The notes below the pieces were generated by a model. The model searched no databases and had not been told where the DNA came from. It saw nothing but the letters and a program-made list of their open reading frames with translations. Below are positions 61,591 through 64,000 of a stretch of 64,000 nucleotides of DNA, in pieces. This DNA comes from Glaucostegus cemiculus (taxonomy: Eukaryota). Every line of letters begins with the position of its first letter. Position 1 is the first letter of the stretch. A program made the position numbers and the translations under genes. Location of the stretch: positions 10,354,001-10,418,000 of the forward strand of contig CDPCPM010000021.1 of NCBI GenBank assembly GCA_976551045.1. The letters are read 5' to 3'.

Positions 61591-63029
61591 TGGCTATCTG
61601 TTGCTGTTCTCCAAAACTCCCGGTCCTCAGGCTCACTGTTCTTCCTCTTGGCATTATCAACTTCTTTTCTGCAAATACTCTTTTTAACCTCTTGTTAGCC
61701 ATGGGTGTATCACTTTCCAATGGATTTTATTACATTTCCTAATAGAATATATTTAAGAAAAAATTAATATCTCTATGTTGTTAATCTGCCTGCAAAACTT
61801 ACAATCTGACTTCCCAAATCACCTTACCAACTTGCTCCCCAAACATGATTAATTTCACTCAAGTTTACAAATGAAGTACATCACTCCCAAACTAAATACA
61901 AAATCCTGTCAGTATTTTTTTTCTTTTGAGGATACCCTACTATGATTACGAATTAACTCTGTCTTTATACAAGAGAAAATAAAGTTTAACCAGAGCCTTA
62001 TCTGGGTCCACTACTGTTCCACTCCAGGAATCTGTACTTGATGCATTCTGTGAACTCATCCTCCAACATATATTTGCTAATTTGACTCCCAATCTAAAAG
62101 ATTATTATATTACCTTTGCTACCGGTGTGGATTAGTTTTCTCTCCAGCAGTGTTGCTTTTTGTCCCTTCATACCTTTACCCTATACTTGTCATGATTCTG
62201 AGTACTGGCCCTTGATTTGGTTTCTTAGATGCCTCGTTGTACAGCACATGGATTCCATGCTGGACTGATTGCATAATGACACACACCTGAGCCCCATCAG
62301 GGGCCTAGCATAAGTACCTGGGTTTCTCTAGCACTAGTTGCTAGAGGATTGGTCAATCTTCAGGTATATGTTGGCTCCTAGTGTGCTTAGAGTGGTCTAC
62401 TCTGGAGTAGTCCTGTGTTCTCTATTCCTGCTTGAAGATTCAGTTTGTGTTGGGATTACTACTCAGATCTCTGAGGCAAGATTTCCTTCCTGTTGCTGCC
62501 TGTGTTTGGTCCTGAGGAAGTATCCTGACTCCAGTCTTGTACCAGTGTGCTGCGTTTGGGTTCTCTGTGATCTTGCTCTTCAATCAACATTGTGACAGTA
62601 CTATATCACATACCATATTACAAGCATTCTGATATATCAAGCCCCAATCTCTTTTCACCATATGTATAATCATCAATGTTATGTATATTAATTTGAAATT
62701 CAATAAAAAGATTGAAAAAGAAAGAAAGGAATTTCTTCTTGTAGAGGATGGTGATCCTTTGGCATTCTCTGCCCTGATGGGTAGAGAAGAGTAGATCACT
62801 GGTGATATTTAATGAGGAGATTGACCAATTTCTGAAGTTGTGAAAGTTCTATGCTGGGTTCAATCCTACTGAATTCAAAGAGAGGGAAATTTTAAGGAGA
62901 CAAAATTAAAGCAAAGATACTTTATTTCCCAAAAAACCCCATTAAAATAAAGCAAAACAATTGTGACTTTAGATGATTAAAGTTTTAACTATTTACTTCA
63001 GTTTTACTAGTTTAAATATCCCAAGCTTA

Positions 63030-63335
63030 ATGTACCACCAGGCTTAAGGACAGTTCTGCCCATTGTGATAAGACTATTGAATGGTTCCCTTATATGATGA
63101 GATGGACTCTAACATCATGATCTACCTTGTGACCTTGCAACTTATTGCACTGCACTTTCTCTGTAGCTGTGACACTTTACTCTGTACTGTTATTGTTTTT
63201 ACCTGTACTACGTCAATGAACTCTGTACTAACTCAATGTAACTGCACTGTAATGAATTGGCCTGTACTACTGGTATGCAAGACAAGTTTTTCACTGTACC
63301 TCAGTACAACTGATAATAATAAACCAACACCAATG
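63030..63335 (+). mobile_element. Rex1-type LINE 3' UTR fragment
   Basis: GTACCACCAGGCTTAAGGACAG..GATAATAATAAACCAACACCAAT, matching 1843-2210. Confidence 0.8.
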
Positions 63336-63631
63336 TCAGAGACTTATTATCACTTTCAGCTTTGACAGCTGGCAAAGCTTAAGGTTGGGCTTCACAAACA
63401 GTTAAAGACTTTTAGGGGCAAAGCTTCTTCTTTGTACCATTGTGGAATGCTGGATGCTGAGAGCCTGCAAGGTTGACACTCTGCAGATAGAGCAGGTAAG
63501 TATTGTGTGGGGTAGAATCGTGGGCAATAACTCCAGACAGCAAGCTAGGGCCAAGGATTTCCAGCCCAATAAGTGACATCTTGGCAATATCTTGCATCTT
63601 CCCTTGCTCTATGACAGGGTCTTGATATGTC

Positions 63632-64000
63632 TGTTATGAGTGGAAGAAACAGATTCAAGGTCTCAAAATTGAAGGACTCTGGCAAGGAAGGATTTTATTT
63701 ACAAAGACAAATGGGGGGAAATGGTAATGGGGTTAACGTACACACAGACACAGTTTATAACGAGCATAGGGAAATCTCAACAGGGGTAAAATACACACAC
63801 ACACCTAATTGGGTACATACAATCAAGGAACAGTCACTATGATACCTGCCACCCCACCCCTTGATTCAGTGCAAGCACCGCGCTACGTTACCGGGAATCC
63901 TAACTAATTTCTCTTAAACAGTGCACAGCTTACCTTGGCATCCCTCGGGGACAAAAGAGGGAGAGAGAACCAAGCACACGTGGCACTCTTTTTGTAGTGC
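63632..64000 (-). mobile_element. Possible LTR, truncated by the window end
   Basis: Starts TGTTA, an LTR-type terminus. There is an antisense AATAAA ~60 nt inside and several intact CpGs relative to the flanks. No partner LTR or TSD is visible. Confidence 0.3.

Noticed and set aside
1-64000. CRISPR array, prokaryotic operon or defence system
   Set aside because: No regularly spaced repeat-spacer array and no long ORFs; the sequence is eukaryotic repeat-rich non-coding DNA.

Overview
Vertebrate nuclear DNA, AT-rich and CpG-depleted. The repeat complement (CR1/L2, Rex1-type and RTE LINE fragments, tRNA-derived V-SINEs, Penelope-derived palindromic repeats) points to a cartilaginous fish, probably a ray or sawfish; this is inference. 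I recognise no host protein-coding gene, so the window looks intronic or intergenic, and the recognisable ORFs are retroelement debris. The clearest elements are a near-complete but disrupted CR1 ORF2 (27811-30632) nested in an older antisense CR1, a decayed Gypsy pol (about 33.3-35.0 kb), a TSD-flanked bipartite RTE derivative (22914-23401) and three Tigger-like MITEs. The most notable non-TE structure is a ~1.1 kb inverted duplication (17180-18310 / 25790-26920) around a ~7.5 kb spacer. Its cores are about 97-100% identical while its edges are much more diverged, and it sits among other local duplications. Other signals are decayed minimal hammerhead-ribozyme cores in the Penelope-derived repeats, several short perfect or near-perfect local inverted or templated copies, a 1 kb G-skewed tract and a few enhancer-like motif clusters. 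Repeat boundaries are by eye and approximate unless a TSD or TIR is cited. Family names come from recalled consensus features, not database searches.
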